Shown here: positions 39,216-51,490 of the stretch, piece after piece
Layout: every line of letters begins with the position of its first letter
Position numbering within the stretch: the first letter of the stretch is position 1
Source of the DNA: Octopus vulgaris
Lineage: Eukaryota
Assembly (NCBI GenBank): GCA_951406725.2
Contig: OX597827.1
Location: 7,750,001-7,814,000, forward strand
DNA length: 64,000 nucleotides
Reading direction: 5' to 3'
The notes under the pieces: model-generated
Databases searched by the model: none
What the model was told of the DNA's origin: nothing
What the model saw: the letters and a program-made list of their open reading frames with translations, nothing else
Translations under genes and position numbers: made by a program

Positions 39216-40454
39216 AAAAGACTAGGCAAGAGAGAGAAGGGAAGTGAGTGGGAAAGAAAGAGGGGCGAGAGAGAAAGAGAGAGTAAAAGAGACAGAGAGA
39301 AATGAAGGTCTCTCTCTCTGAAATTGCAAAAGTAGGTGTTACTTTAAAACAGTGGAAACTATCACTGGAAATCAGTGAAACAATGTGTGAAATGAAGGAA
39401 GAACAAAAAAAAGTGTGACATGCTGATTGAAAGAAACATAATTAAGAGATTAGCAGATGAAGTTAAATCAAGAATTCCTACATAAGAAGGAAAGGTATTT
39501 ATGAACTCAAGAAGAACTCAAGAGAATTCTGTGCTACATTTTACTGTTGTATACAAACTGAAGCAAAAATACAAACAAAAGAAATACAGTTTATCTTAAT
39601 ACATATATATATACACATTCTTGCCTTCTTTCATTCACTCTAACTCTCCATCTCTCCATCTCTATCTCTCTCTCCACCTCAATCTCTTTCTCTTCCCCTC
39701 TCTCTTTCTTTCTCTCCCTTCCTGTTGGAAGAGAAGTTGCAGCCATCCCCATGGAAAATTAAATTTGAAGGCTAACAAATTAGCTAATGTAAAGTTAATC
39801 ATACACAAAATGTAAAACAAGAAGCAAACGTACAAATGGATGGTTAAAAGTATAAACTATGTAGAAACAAAATACATAGAACAAAGAAATAAAATCAAAC
39901 ATTAAAAAAAAAAACACTAGCATCAAATATACAAATAAAAACTACAAAACTAAATATAAAATTCTAAAAAACAAAAGCATAAAAATACAAAACAAAACAC
40001 AGAAACATTAATTTACTGCTTAGGTACAAAACCTATTGAAATGTCAATGGATCTGAACCTGCTTTGTTTCTGGAACTTAAGAGACCGACCCATGGAGAAA
40101 TGAAATACAAAGATTTCTGATGAAATTTGACTTCAGAACATTCGGGTACAAAATTTAATTTACTATGTCATTTAGGTATGTGTTTTGCAATTGTTTTTGC
40201 TAATTCACAGACTCTTTTGCAAACACAAAGCAAACAATTTGTCTTAGATGTGCAAGAAAATTTCAAAGAATTTACAAAAGACAATAACAGATTTCAGTAT
40301 ATTTAAAGAAAATATCGACAAACAAAAAACTGCGTAATAACAACTTATGCTAAAATAAAATGACGAAAAAAAAAAGAAAAAAGGAAAACAACTAATCAAT
40401 GAATGGTGAAAAGATAAAAAGGAAAACAACAGCAATGAAAATAAAAATTAAATT

Positions 40455-40609
40455 AGTGGCTGTGTGGTAGGTAGCTTGTTTACCAACCACATGGTTCCGG
40501 GTTCAGTCCCACTGCGTGCCACCTTGGGCAAGTGTCTTCTACTATAGCCTTGGGCCGACCAAAGCCTTGTGAGTGGATTTGGTAGACAGAAACTGAAAGA
40601 ACCCCATCG

Positions 40610-40640
<31 letters not shown>

Positions 40641-40862
40641 ATATGTTTGTGTGTCTGTGTTTGTCCCCCTAGCATCGCTTGACAACCGATGCTGGTGTGT
40701 TTATGTCCCCGTTACTTAGCGGTTCAGCAAAAGAGACCAATAGAATAAGTACTGGGCTTACAAAAGAGTAAGTCCCGGGGTCGAGTTGCCCGATTAAAGG
40801 CGGTGCTCCAGCATGGCCGCAGTCAAATGACTGAAACAAGTAAACAAGTAAAAGAGAGAGAG
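40455..40862 (+). mobile_element. SINE family A flanked by a ~115-120 bp direct duplication
   Basis: Flanks 40336-40455 and 40863-40977 both read aataacaacttatgctaaaataaaatgac...gcaatgaaaataaaaat(t/c)aaa. Confidence 0.9.
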
Positions 40863-41339
40863 AATAACAACTTATGCTAAAATAAAATGACAAAAAAAAA
40901 AAAGGAAAACAACTAATCGATGAATGGTGAAAAGGATAAAAAGGAAAACAACATCAATGAAAATAAAAATCAAACTAATAAGAGTTCAGCTAGGTGAGTT
41001 TCGGAAGTTTGCTGGGCAACAATGTGATTCTGGATTCAATCGCAGAGGAAAACATCTTGAGAAAATGATTCTTTTTTCTATATGCAGTATCACAATGAAC
41101 AGTGTCTTGTGAGAGGAATTTAGTAGTTGGCAACTTAAAAATGAGTACTACTTGTTCTCAATTTTGGTCGAATATAAATGGAGTAATGTAAGATGAAGTA
41201 GTTTACTCCAGGACCCAGTCTGAAATCTGATCTCACAACCCAATGGTCTTAAGTCCAACACTCTATCCACTAGACTGCACACCTTTATGAGCATCATAGC
41301 CACCAGCAATTGATTAATTTATGCAATATCTATAGTAGT

Positions 41340-41810
41340 TTCAATACAATGAAAAATCTTTTGTGGAACAACATCCAAGCCAATACTAGCACGAGCAAAG
41401 AAAGACAGAAAATGAAATAGATTTCACAAATCTCAACGAAAGTGAAAGTGGAAATAGAGTGATGAAAATAAAAGGAGAGATTGTTTGGAAATATGAAATA
41501 AAGAAATTCTGAAAACAAAAGAGTGCCTAAAGCAACAACTTCCAGTGAAGACACAAAGGATTTGAAGGTATGAAGAGCAGCTATGATTTTTTTATGAGCA
41601 AACCAAATTCCCCATTCAACCCAAAGAAATTCTACCAGGGAATCAAGGAATCAAGGAATCAGTAAAAATATATAAGGGTTCCATATATCAACTACAAAAT
41701 TAGAAACTGAAGAATACGAGGGGTAAAAGAAAGTAGAATGGCAAAACCAACAGAACTGTAAAACTAGAAATACACCGGAAAGAAATCTAAGGAGAAACAT
41801 AAGACTGTAG
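41340..41810 (+). pseudogene. Highly degenerate non-LTR retrotransposon ORF fragment (Dong/R4-like pre-RT region)
   Basis: Patchy translation KECLKQQLPVKTQRI*RYE...QTKFPIQPKEI / NPKKFY resembles the LKQ..QRIRRYE..NPKKFY segment of R4-clade ORFs. Confidence 0.45.
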
Positions 41811-42292
41811 AGTAAGTGATTAAGCATGCAAACATCATGATTCAGGGTTCAATCTCACAGAGCAACACTTTGGGCAACTGTTTCCTTCTGTAACCTCACA
41901 TTGACTAATGCATTATAAAAGGAATTTTTTTTCAGTTAGAAACTGGGCAGAAATACCTGTCAGTTATAACAACACCATCATCATATAGGGTACACTATTA
42001 GTGCTCTTGTCAGATTTAATGGTCTGGTACAGCGGTTTTACTGAGCAAACACACAACAACATAAAAACACACCAGTCTGAGAGACTGAGTTCCTTTACAC
42101 AAGTGAATCACGGGTGTTGTGAACATACACCATTTTGAGGGAGGTGGGTGTTCTCTGATGATGCAAAACAACAGTTATTAGATATTCAAGCTTGAATCTG
42201 TCAGAATGTTTTAAGAATGTGATAGATGATGCTTGGATTCTCACTGCTCTGCATGCCTTCCATAATTTATTTTTGTTATTATCAATGTGTGT

Positions 42293-42328
<36 letters not shown>

Positions 42329-42401
42329 TGTAGAAGAAATACATGGGTAACCATGTATGATGAGAGGTTAAAATATGATAGCAGGACAGAAACATCAGAA
42401 A

Positions 42402-42830
42402 GGCGGCTAGCTGGCAGAAACGTTAGCACGGCCGGGCAAAATGCGTAGCCGTATTTTGTCTGCCGTTAAGTTCTGAGTTCAAATTCCGCCAAGGTCGACT
42501 TTGCCTTTCATCCATTTGGGGTTGATAAATTAAGTACCAGTTACACACTGGGTTCGAAATATTCGACGTGAACACACCAGCATCAGTTGTCAAGCGATGT
42601 TGTGGGGACAAACACAGACAAACATATACACACACATAGATATACACATATATATATATACATATATATGACGGGCTTTTTCCAGTTCCCGTCTACCAAA
42701 TCCACTCACAAGGTTTGGTCGGCCCGAGGCTACAGTAGAAGACACTTGCCCAAGGTGCCACGCAGCGGGACTGAACCCAGGACCATGTGGTTGGTAAGCA
42801 AACTACTTACCACACAGCCACACCTACGCC
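42402..42830. mobile_element. SINE family B (plus, 42402-42560) abutting the 5' half of SINE family A (minus, 42570-42830)
   Basis: Both match their family consensus as seen elsewhere in the window. Confidence 0.82.
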
Positions 42831-43287
42831 TAATATGTATATTATTTATTAAATGCATTTGTGTATGTGTATGCGTATGTGTGTGTGTGTGTGTGTGTGT
42901 ATGCCTGTGTTTGCATATCTGTATGTATGTGTGTTGCTTGCCTGTGCATGCGTGTGTCAGTGTGTCACCATTATACATCAGTGAAGAATGTGAATATCAT
43001 TGAGAGAACTTTATAAACAATGCTTTCTAATAAAAATATCCTACCTGGCATTTGTTCTGACTGAGTGGCTCAGACAATACCTTGTCTTTTTTTTAGCATC
43101 ATGCATTCAGTGAATCAATGATAAGCTAGTTATGTAGCTAAATGCTACATAAAAAAAAACAAAATATAATTAAATAAACATTATCACAGTAATTGTTAAC
43201 CCTTTGGTATTCAGATTTATACTTATTTATTCACATTGTTTTGAATTAATCATAGCCAATCTCATAGCTTTGAGATTTTTATGATAT

Positions 43288-43510
43288 ACTCTCTTTTTAC
43301 TCTTTTACTCTTTTACTCTTTTACTTGTTTCAGTCATTTGACTGCGGCCATGCTGGAGCACCGCCTTTAGTCGAGCAACTCGACCCCGGGATTTATTCTT
43401 TTGTAAGCCCAGTACTTATTTTATCGGTCTCCCTTGCCGAACCGCTAAGTAACGGGGACGTAAACACACCAGCATCGGTTGTCAAGCAATGCTAGGGGGA
43501 CAAACATATA
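43288..43510 (-). mobile_element. SINE family A 3' half, truncating a piggyBac-type MITE end (43200-43285)
   Basis: (tactcttt)n tail; upstream TTAACCCTTTGGTATTCAGATT matches the MITE terminus. Confidence 0.8.
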
Positions 43511-44124
43511 CACACGGAGGCCAGGCAAGGCTGGCAATGGCCACGATCGGATGGTGTTTGTTATGTGCCACCAGCACGGAGGCCAGTCGATGCAGTGCTG
43601 GCTATGTATACAAATATGTATGTATACAAATAAATTAATATAGATATTCGTGTATATAGGTGTAGGATGACAATAGATAAATGGAATAGAAATAGGTCGT
43701 GATGTTTCAATCCATGTTTAAGGCAGTGAACAGGCAGAATTGTTCTCATGCTGGGCAAAATACTAAGCAGCATTTCATCAGTCTTTTATGTTTTGGTTTC
43801 AAATTGTACCAGAGTTGACTTTACCTCTGACCCTATTGGGAGTCTATAAAATAAATACCAGCTGCGAACTGGGGTTGATGTAATTGACTTACCCCTCCTC
43901 TGGAATTGCTGGCCTTGTGCTAAAATTTGAAATCGAAATTTCAATCCATCTCAGTTATGTCCCTTTAAGTCAATGGTCAACTTTATTTTGATGTTCATCC
44001 AAGGCTGATAAAATAAGCACCAAACAAAACACAAAGGCTAATATAATTCAAAGCATTTCAGAGGAAGTGCTACAATATGATGATTGCAGTCAAATGACTA
44101 AAACCAGTAAAAGAATACATCTTA

Positions 44125-44509
44125 TAGGAAGCACTCTGTCGGTTATGACGATGAGGGTTTCGGGTGATCCGAATCAACGGAACAGCCTGCTTGTGAAATT
44201 AACGTGTAAGTGGCTGAGCACTCCACAGACACGTGTACCCTTAACGTAGTTCTCGGGGATATTCAGCGTGACACAGAGAGTGACAAGGCCGGCCCTTTGA
44301 AATGCAGGTACAACAGAAACAGGAAGTAAGAATGAGAGAAAGTTGTGGTGAAAGAGTACAGCAGGGATCACCACCATCCCCTGCCGGAGCCTCGTGGAGC
44401 TTTTAGGTGTTTTCGCTCAATAAACACTCACAACGCCTGGTCTGGGAATCGAAACCGCGATCCTATGACCGCGAGTCCACTGCCCTAACCACTGGGCCAT
44501 TGCGCCTCC
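44125..44509 (-). mobile_element. SINE family C, full length, 14-bp TSD
   Basis: AAGAATACATCTTA on both sides; tRNA-like head GGAGGCGCAATGGCCCAGTGGTTAGGGC. Confidence 0.9.
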
Positions 44510-45355
44510 AAGAATACATCTTAGTCCCCCAAACAGCTTTACAAAGGATGCTTTCTATCATAAATGAAATGAGTAATTGTCAGCATCTCTCAAATAGACC
44601 TACCATGCCCTCTTGTCTGCAATCTTGTATTGATACTGTTTACAAACAAGGTAGAGGCAACTGGAAATAGCCAGGATTACTTAGAGGTGACAATAATTTC
44701 TCTCCTGTATTTAAATAATTACAAGCAGTACGCTAAAGGTGACAAGCAGCTTGGTCTCCGGTAGCAGACAATATGCTAATTCTGTAGAAACATTGGCATG
44801 AAAAGGAATTTAGGCAAATACGTTAAAGCCATATTAAAAAGAGAAAATTTATATTTTATTTTAATCATATCTTAATTGATAAAGAAACAGAGATAGAAGA
44901 ATTAGACCAGGGTCAAACTTACAGATATTTTGCCATCAATCAGCTAGATAGTGTACAATACTAACAAGAATGATGGAAAAGGTTAGGAAAGAATATTAAA
45001 GATATATTAAACTGAGAACAATAACAGAACTAAAAGCCAAAACTAATAGACATCAATAATGTAGCCATTCATATAATAACCATACTTCAGCCTAGACATA
45101 AAAATAAATGATGAGAATGGATAGAATAAACAAAGAAAATAATTGCAGAATTTAGAGTGAACTAGTCAGAAAAAACTGACATTGAGAGACGATGTTGAAC
45201 ATAAACAGAATAACAACAGAGACTTCTGTGACCAAAAACATTATAAAATGGTTACGGTAGGATTACAAAAGTATTTTATCATCATCATCAGAAGCAGCAG
45301 CAGCAGCAACAGTAGCAGCATCAGCATCATCATCATCACCACTATTACAGCCACT

Positions 45356-45401
<46 letters not shown>

Positions 45402-45979
45402 ACATCATCAACATCATCATCTTCAGTATTACATTGTTATCATCCCTGTTATCATCATAATCACCACTACCACCACCAACCACCATCACCACCACCACCA
45501 CTATTATAGCCACTGTCATCATCATCATCATGATCATTCAAAGTCTGGTTTCCATGCTGGCATGAGTTGGACATGTGATGACTAGGAAGATTACCACATA
45601 CTCCTAGTCAGGCGTGGTGTCTAGATCTCAGTTCTCCATACCATTTTTGGCATGGTTTCTATGGTTGGATGCTTCTCCTTATACAAAAAAATTTCCAGAG
45701 TGTATTATATTGTATTTTATCCTGGCACCAATATTTGAAACATTGTCTTGTTCTTCAGCCTGACTACAGGATCCTCTTAACCCTATGCCATCTTTGAACA
45801 TTTTCTATTAAAGAGAGACTATACATGAATTTTTATAACAAACATAATTATTAGCTAAAGCATCCAGGGATCATAGTAGAGAGTAAAGGATTCTAATATG
45901 TCACATTACATATGTCTAACCAAGCTTTCTCACTGAAATCTGTTAAAGCAAAATAATAAAGAATATCTTGCTCTTCTCT

Positions 45980-46047
<68 letters not shown>

Positions 46048-46053
46048 GTATGT

Positions 46054-46129
<76 letters not shown>

Positions 46130-46238
46130 GTATGTGTGTATATACATACATACATACATACATACATACATAATACATACATATACATATATATATATAT
46201 ATGCATATATGTATGTATATATGTATGTATATATATAC

Positions 46239-46305
<67 letters not shown>

Positions 46306-46648
46306 CAAAATTTATAAAGATTGCTGAAATAATCAATTCTATTGTTTCTGGCTATCCAGTCTTATCAAAAATAGAATATAGATAGATATGTCAAAGCTGG
46401 ATACATAATGCACTTTTAACTTCGTATTTTTTTTTTTTTATGAAATGCTTTGAGAGAAAAAAAATAATAGATGCACACACTGCATTATAAAAACATTGTA
46501 AAAAAAGACAAACAAACAGATAGTTTGTGACATGATAATTCAACATACATACTGACAGAGAAATTAAGGCACATGTAAATATATTATTCTCAAGATCCAT
46601 CAGATAAGGAAAAAAACTGATGCCTCCTGGTAAATACTTCAATCTCAC

Positions 46649-46744
46649 CGGATGACGAAATTCTCCAAATGTAAATATCTTGAAATAGAATCATGGGATT
46701 AGAACCAGAAACAAGCTCCTTAGCAATGGGTGGAGCACGGGGGA
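46649..46744 (-). other. Candidate 96-nt exon (coding or UTR)
   Basis: GTGTCTGTTTTCAG| acceptor and CCG|GTGAGA donor; non-repetitive sequence; open phase 1-1 frame PRAPPIAKELVSGSNPMILFQDIYIWRISSS. Confidence 0.35.
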
Positions 46745-47104
46745 CTGAAAACAGACACGTATACGCATTCATCCCACCTCTGCACCAAAGAAGAGATGTG
46801 AAATAAATAACTGTAATCAGAGGGCTTATACATTTGCGAAAGCAGAATACGAAAATTGGAAAATAGATTTTTAGAAAATAGTCACTGCTGGGCACTCTAT
46901 ACATTATGTTATGCATAAGAAGAAGAAAACAAAATATAGAATATACACAAGGTATACTTAGCCATACACACTTTTACAATAAAGGCACAAGCTTGCAAAA
47001 ATAATACATGCACTGACATGTTACTACTGTTATTTCTGCTGCTACTACTACTACTACTGCCACCACCACCACCACCATCACTACTACTAATACTAATACT
47101 ACTG

Positions 47105-47490
47105 AGTGGAGGCGCAATGGCCCAGTAGTTAGGGCTGCGGACTCGCGGTCGTAGGATCGTGGTTTCGATTCCCAGACCGGGCGTTGTGAGTGTTTATTGA
47201 GCGAAAACACCTAAAGCTCCACGAGGCTCCGGCAGGGGATGGTGGTGATCCCTGCTGTACTCTTTCACCACATCTCTCTCTCACTCTTACTTCCTGTTTC
47301 TGTTGTACCTGTATTTCAAAGGGCCGGCCTTGTCACTCTCTGTGTCACGCTGAATATCCCCGAGAACTGCGTTAAGGGTACACGTGTCTGTGGAGTGCTC
47401 AGCCACTTGCACGTTAATTTCACGAGCAGGCTGTTCCGTTGATCGGATCAACCGGAACCCTCGTCGTCGTAACCGACGGAGTGCTTCCAC
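47105..47490 (+). mobile_element. SINE family C, full length, 11-bp TSD
   Basis: AATACTACTGA on both sides; A box TGGCCCAGTAG and B box GGTTTCGATTCCC. Confidence 0.9.
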
Positions 47491-47747
47491 AATACTACTG
47501 ATGATGATGATGATGATGATTGCTTCTTCAAATTTTGGCACAAGGCCAGCAGTTTTGAGGAGAGGGGCATTAGTTGATTAGATCAACTCCATTTCTTGTT
47601 TGGTATTTTACTTCATCAATGCTGAAAGAATAAAAAGCAAGGTTGGACCTCAGCAGGATTTGAACATGGAGCATAAAGAGATTTAAGAAATGCTGTTAGG
47701 TACTTTGTCAGATGTGCTAATGATTTTTACCAATAATAATAATAATA

Positions 47748-48284
47748 TTGGGTTGTCCGGAAAGTTCATGCCGATTTTTAAAGGAAAGAAAAAGGTCAAT
47801 AAATACTTGCCATTACATTTTTAATCAACCAAATATGAACCATTTTGTTGCACAATGCGTCTCCACCTTTCCTTTAACTCGAAAATACCCTCTTCCCAGA
47901 ATTGAGGTGGTTTCATGGCAAAGAATTCATCAAGGTATCTTTTTACGTCATCCAAGGAATTGAAATTTTTACCATTAAGACTATTCTGCAGAGACCTGAA
48001 TAAGTGGAAATCTGAAGGAGATATATCTGGTGAATATGGTTTATGGGGTAACACATCCCAGCCAAGCTGCTGCAATTTTTGTCTGGTTCCCAAAGCATCA
48101 AGTGCCAAAAATGAACTTTTTTATCTTCCATTTTAAAGGGTTACAGAATTAACACAGGTTATAGGAACATAAACCTTCTTCCACGAAAAGATAGCTTAAA
48201 CTGTGCTCTAAATGGAGGTGTAGTCAAATCCTAAGTTGAAATGTAAGCTACTATAAATCGGTACAAACTTTCCGGACAACCCAA
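47748..48284 (-). mobile_element. Internally deleted mariner (mellifera-subfamily-like), 537 bp
   Basis: ~30-bp TIRs TTGGGTTGTCCGGAAAGTT(cat/tgt).CCGATTT and TA TSDs. Transposase start MEDKKVHFWHL is joined to the C-terminus TRQKLQQLGWDVLPHKPYSPDISPSDFHLFRSLQNSL (YSPDLAPSD-type motif). Confidence 0.93.
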
Positions 48285-48299
48285 TAATTACGGTTTCAA

Positions 48300-48732
48300 A
48301 TTTTGGCACAAGACCAGCAATTTCAGGGGAGGAGGTAAACTGATTACATTGACCCCAGTGCTCAAGTGGTACTTATTTTATCAACTCCAAAAGGATGAAA
48401 GGCAAAGTCAACTTTGGCAGAATTTGAACTCAGAATATAAAGATGGACAAAATGTCTCTAAGCATTTTGCCCAAATGTGCTAAAAATTCTGCCAGCTTGC
48501 CACCATAACAATAATAATCTTTTTTACTGTTGGCACAAGGCCTCAAATTTGTGGGGAAAGGACGAGTCAATCACATCGATCACAGTGTTTCACTGGTACT
48601 TAATTTATTGACCCCGAAAGGATGAAAGGCAAAGTCGACCTCGGTGGAATTTGAACTCAGAACATAGCAATGAGTGAAATACTGCTAAGCATTTCATCCA
48701 ATGTGCCAATGATTCTGCTGGCTCACTGCCTT
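48300..48732 (-). mobile_element. Two tandem SINE family B copies (others at ~47530-47730, 49118-49275, 59045-59190, 59293-59430)
   Basis: ggcacaag..attgacccc..aaggatgaaaggcaaagtc..gaatttgaactcagaa. Confidence 0.8.
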
Positions 48733-48774
48733 CTCCATAATAATAATAATAATAGTAATAATAATAATAATAAC

Positions 48775-48825
<51 letters not shown>

Positions 48826-48827
<2 letters not shown>

Positions 48828-49091
48828 AGAAATTCAAAAGATGGTGCTCATGGGAACTGCTCATATCCTACGCAAAATACTCTCTATGTAATCCCAAGGT
48901 TTAAAACAAACTTTTTTTTTATTTATTTATTTATTTTTTTTTTATGTATTAGACATTCACTAGTACAACACCAAAAAAAAAAAAAAAAAACCCAAATATA
49001 TGGCACAGAACTTCCAACCTGTTGTCTCTTGAGGTCTCTGGGTGAGACTTGGAGCCAACTTGTACAGACATAAAGCAAAAGTCAAACATAG
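48826..49091 (+). mobile_element. Short Dong/R4-type 3' fragment inside (TAA)n
   Basis: TEIQKMVLMGTAHILRKILSM* is homologous to the end of the 2800-3230 element; (TAA)n on both sides. Confidence 0.75.
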
Positions 49092-49274
49092 AATAATAAT
49101 AATAATAATAATAATAATCCTTTTTACTACAGGAACAAGGCCTGAAATTTGTGGGGAAGGGACTAGTCGATTACACTGACCCCGAATGGCTGAAAGGCAA
49201 AGGTGACCTCGGCAGAATTTGAACTCAGAACGTAGTGATGGGTGAAATGCCACAAAGAGTTTCGTCCAGCATGC

Positions 49275-49325
<51 letters not shown>

Positions 49326-49326
<1 letters not shown>

Positions 49327-50120
49327 TTTTTATTGACCACAAGGAGCACAACGAACATGTAGGACATGACTCACATTAAAAAAAAAACCTGTAAAAAATT
49401 AAAAGAACAGAATATAACAAACATTTTTAACAAATTCCCTAATGGTAGGGTAGAAATGCCACTCTGGGGCAACAAAGGACCCCACAGATTCCAAATTAAT
49501 CTACTCATCTGGAGCACCATGGCAAGTGCTTCTTTACTTTTTCAGCCAAATAGTACCGAGTTAGAAGTATCCTCAGACTACCCTCACCACATTCAGACAC
49601 CCTTCAGTAAATTTAATGGGGAGGAATAGCACATCCCTCTCAACCCTCATCTTTCTTTTGAAATGGAATTTAAAAAGTTGATGAGGGGCTCAGCCAAAGA
49701 GGAAATGTTAGTCTCCAGTCCTTTCACTCTCATCCACTACACAACCTTTTTTGCCATAGCAACCAGACAGAGGAATACTGCCTGCTCTTCCCAATAAAAG
49801 AAAGGTGGCAGGATGATCTTCTCAATGGAATTGGCCAATAGCCAGATCCAAGCAACGTGTGATAGCAGCTCTTTGAAAGCAGCAATGCTTGGGTTCTGTA
49901 TGAGCACGTAAAGGATGGTTTTGTCATTCTGCATTCATCTCAGGCATGGATGATGTTACTACCATGCCTCCAGAGTTTATCTCAAACTGACAATGCCACC
50001 TTGGAGCGCACTATTAGGGCAGAGATTTCTGGAAATTATCCATGAATCCTGGTCCAGAAATCTTCCAGAACAGACCAGCCAGTTGATTTTTATCAATGTT
50101 AAGAATTTCCCCCAAAATGT
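49326..50120 (-). pseudogene. Degenerate L1/Tx1-like ORF2 C-terminal fragment (second piece ~50430-50765)
   Basis: DNFQKSL...ALSV*DKLWRHG..HPCLR*MQNDKTILYVLIQ..FLCLVAMAKKVV*W resembles an eroded CxxC-ET-xH-xxxC region; ends in an A-run. Confidence 0.55.
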
Positions 50121-50768
50121 CATAACTCCTGATTTTGGCACAAGGCTAAATCAGAAACCAAGGCTTAGTTAATAACATCAACCCCAGTACTTATCTGGTA
50201 CCTTATTTCATTGATCCCAGAGGTAGGAAAGTCAATGTTAACCTTAGTGAAATTTGAACACATCTTAAAGAAATATCTGTCCAATGATCTAATGATTTTC
50301 CCCAATAATAATAAGGATTTCTCTTATTTACCACCAGGGTGGCAGAGAAGAGGGATAATCAAAAAAACACATATAAAGTGTGGAGATTTACAATCTGATG
50401 AGAAAACAGCTGTCTGAAAGCCAAGTATTTTATACTGATTCCATTCTTCTGATACTAGAGGATTTCCTAAGACCAATCAAAGAACCTCACAAATCCCGAA
50501 TCATCCTGAACACTGGGGACAAGTGCCCTATCCAATTGTCATCCTCTAGCTTTCAAGTTGATACATAAAGTGATCCCATCTACCCATGCCAGTTTACATA
50601 CTTTCACCCATCTTTCAACAAATTCATTCAAGGGTATCACCTCCTCTCCATCTACACCTTCCTTTTTTCTGGTGTAACTTGAAAAAGTTGAGGAGAACTC
50701 CACCAAAGAGGAAAGCCTCTGTTCTTAGACCTTTCAACATTTTCTACCACAAACTCTTTTACTATGTG

Positions 50769-50960
50769 TCATCATCATCATCATCGTCGTTTAACGTCCG
50801 CTTTCCACGCTAGCATGGGTTGGACGGTTCAACTGAGGTCTGGGAAGCCCAAAGGCTGCACCAGGCCAGTCATATCTGGCGGTGTTTCTACAGCTGGATG
50901 CCCTTCCTAACGCCAACCACTCTGTGAGTGTAGTGGGTGCTTTTTATGTGCCACCAACAC
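50769..50960 (-). mobile_element. 3' portion of a fourth retroposon family with a (TGA)n tail
   Basis: ctggatgcccttcctaacgccaacc motif; related pieces at ~4170-4285, ~45530-45730 and ~60840-60930. Confidence 0.6.
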
Positions 50961-51159
50961 AGACTGAGTACAACTGCTTTCTCTGCCTGGTTAAAGAAGG
51001 GGAACAGGACAATTATCAGCATGAACTCTTATAATAGCTGGTTCCATTCCACTTGCAGCAGCAAGTATTTGATGTAACACCATGATACAGCAATGTTTGG
51101 AGACTGAATAAACTCTGAGTGCATCTTAGTCAGACCTGTCCAACAGTATTTGAATATCT

Positions 51160-51320
51160 GTAGAGTTTATTTACGTTATTTACATTATTTACATTTGACA
51201 GATATTTGTCCTCATCTTTGTTGTTAACACAATGTTTCAGCTGATACACCCTCCAGCCTTCATCTGGTTTCTTGGAGAAATTTCGAACCTGGGTTCTCAT
51301 TCCTAAAGTATTTTTTCAAT
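51160..51320 (-). mobile_element. Penelope-like terminal fragment with a degenerate hammerhead (51226-51270)
   Basis: Minus strand CAGATGA-AGGCTG gagggtgtat CAGCT-GAAA-CATT-GTGT, next to (TTA)n. Confidence 0.5.
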
Positions 51321-51333
51321 CTTGTTGTTATTA

Positions 51334-51490
<157 letters not shown>

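Noticed and set aside
47107-47180. tRNA gene-like sequence (also at 12176, 44440, 59578)
   Set aside because: These are SINE heads that continue into SINE bodies, several with TSDs; no proper acceptor stem or terminator.
50394-50425. CTGATGA...GAAA possible hammerhead
   Set aside because: No convincing stems I and III.
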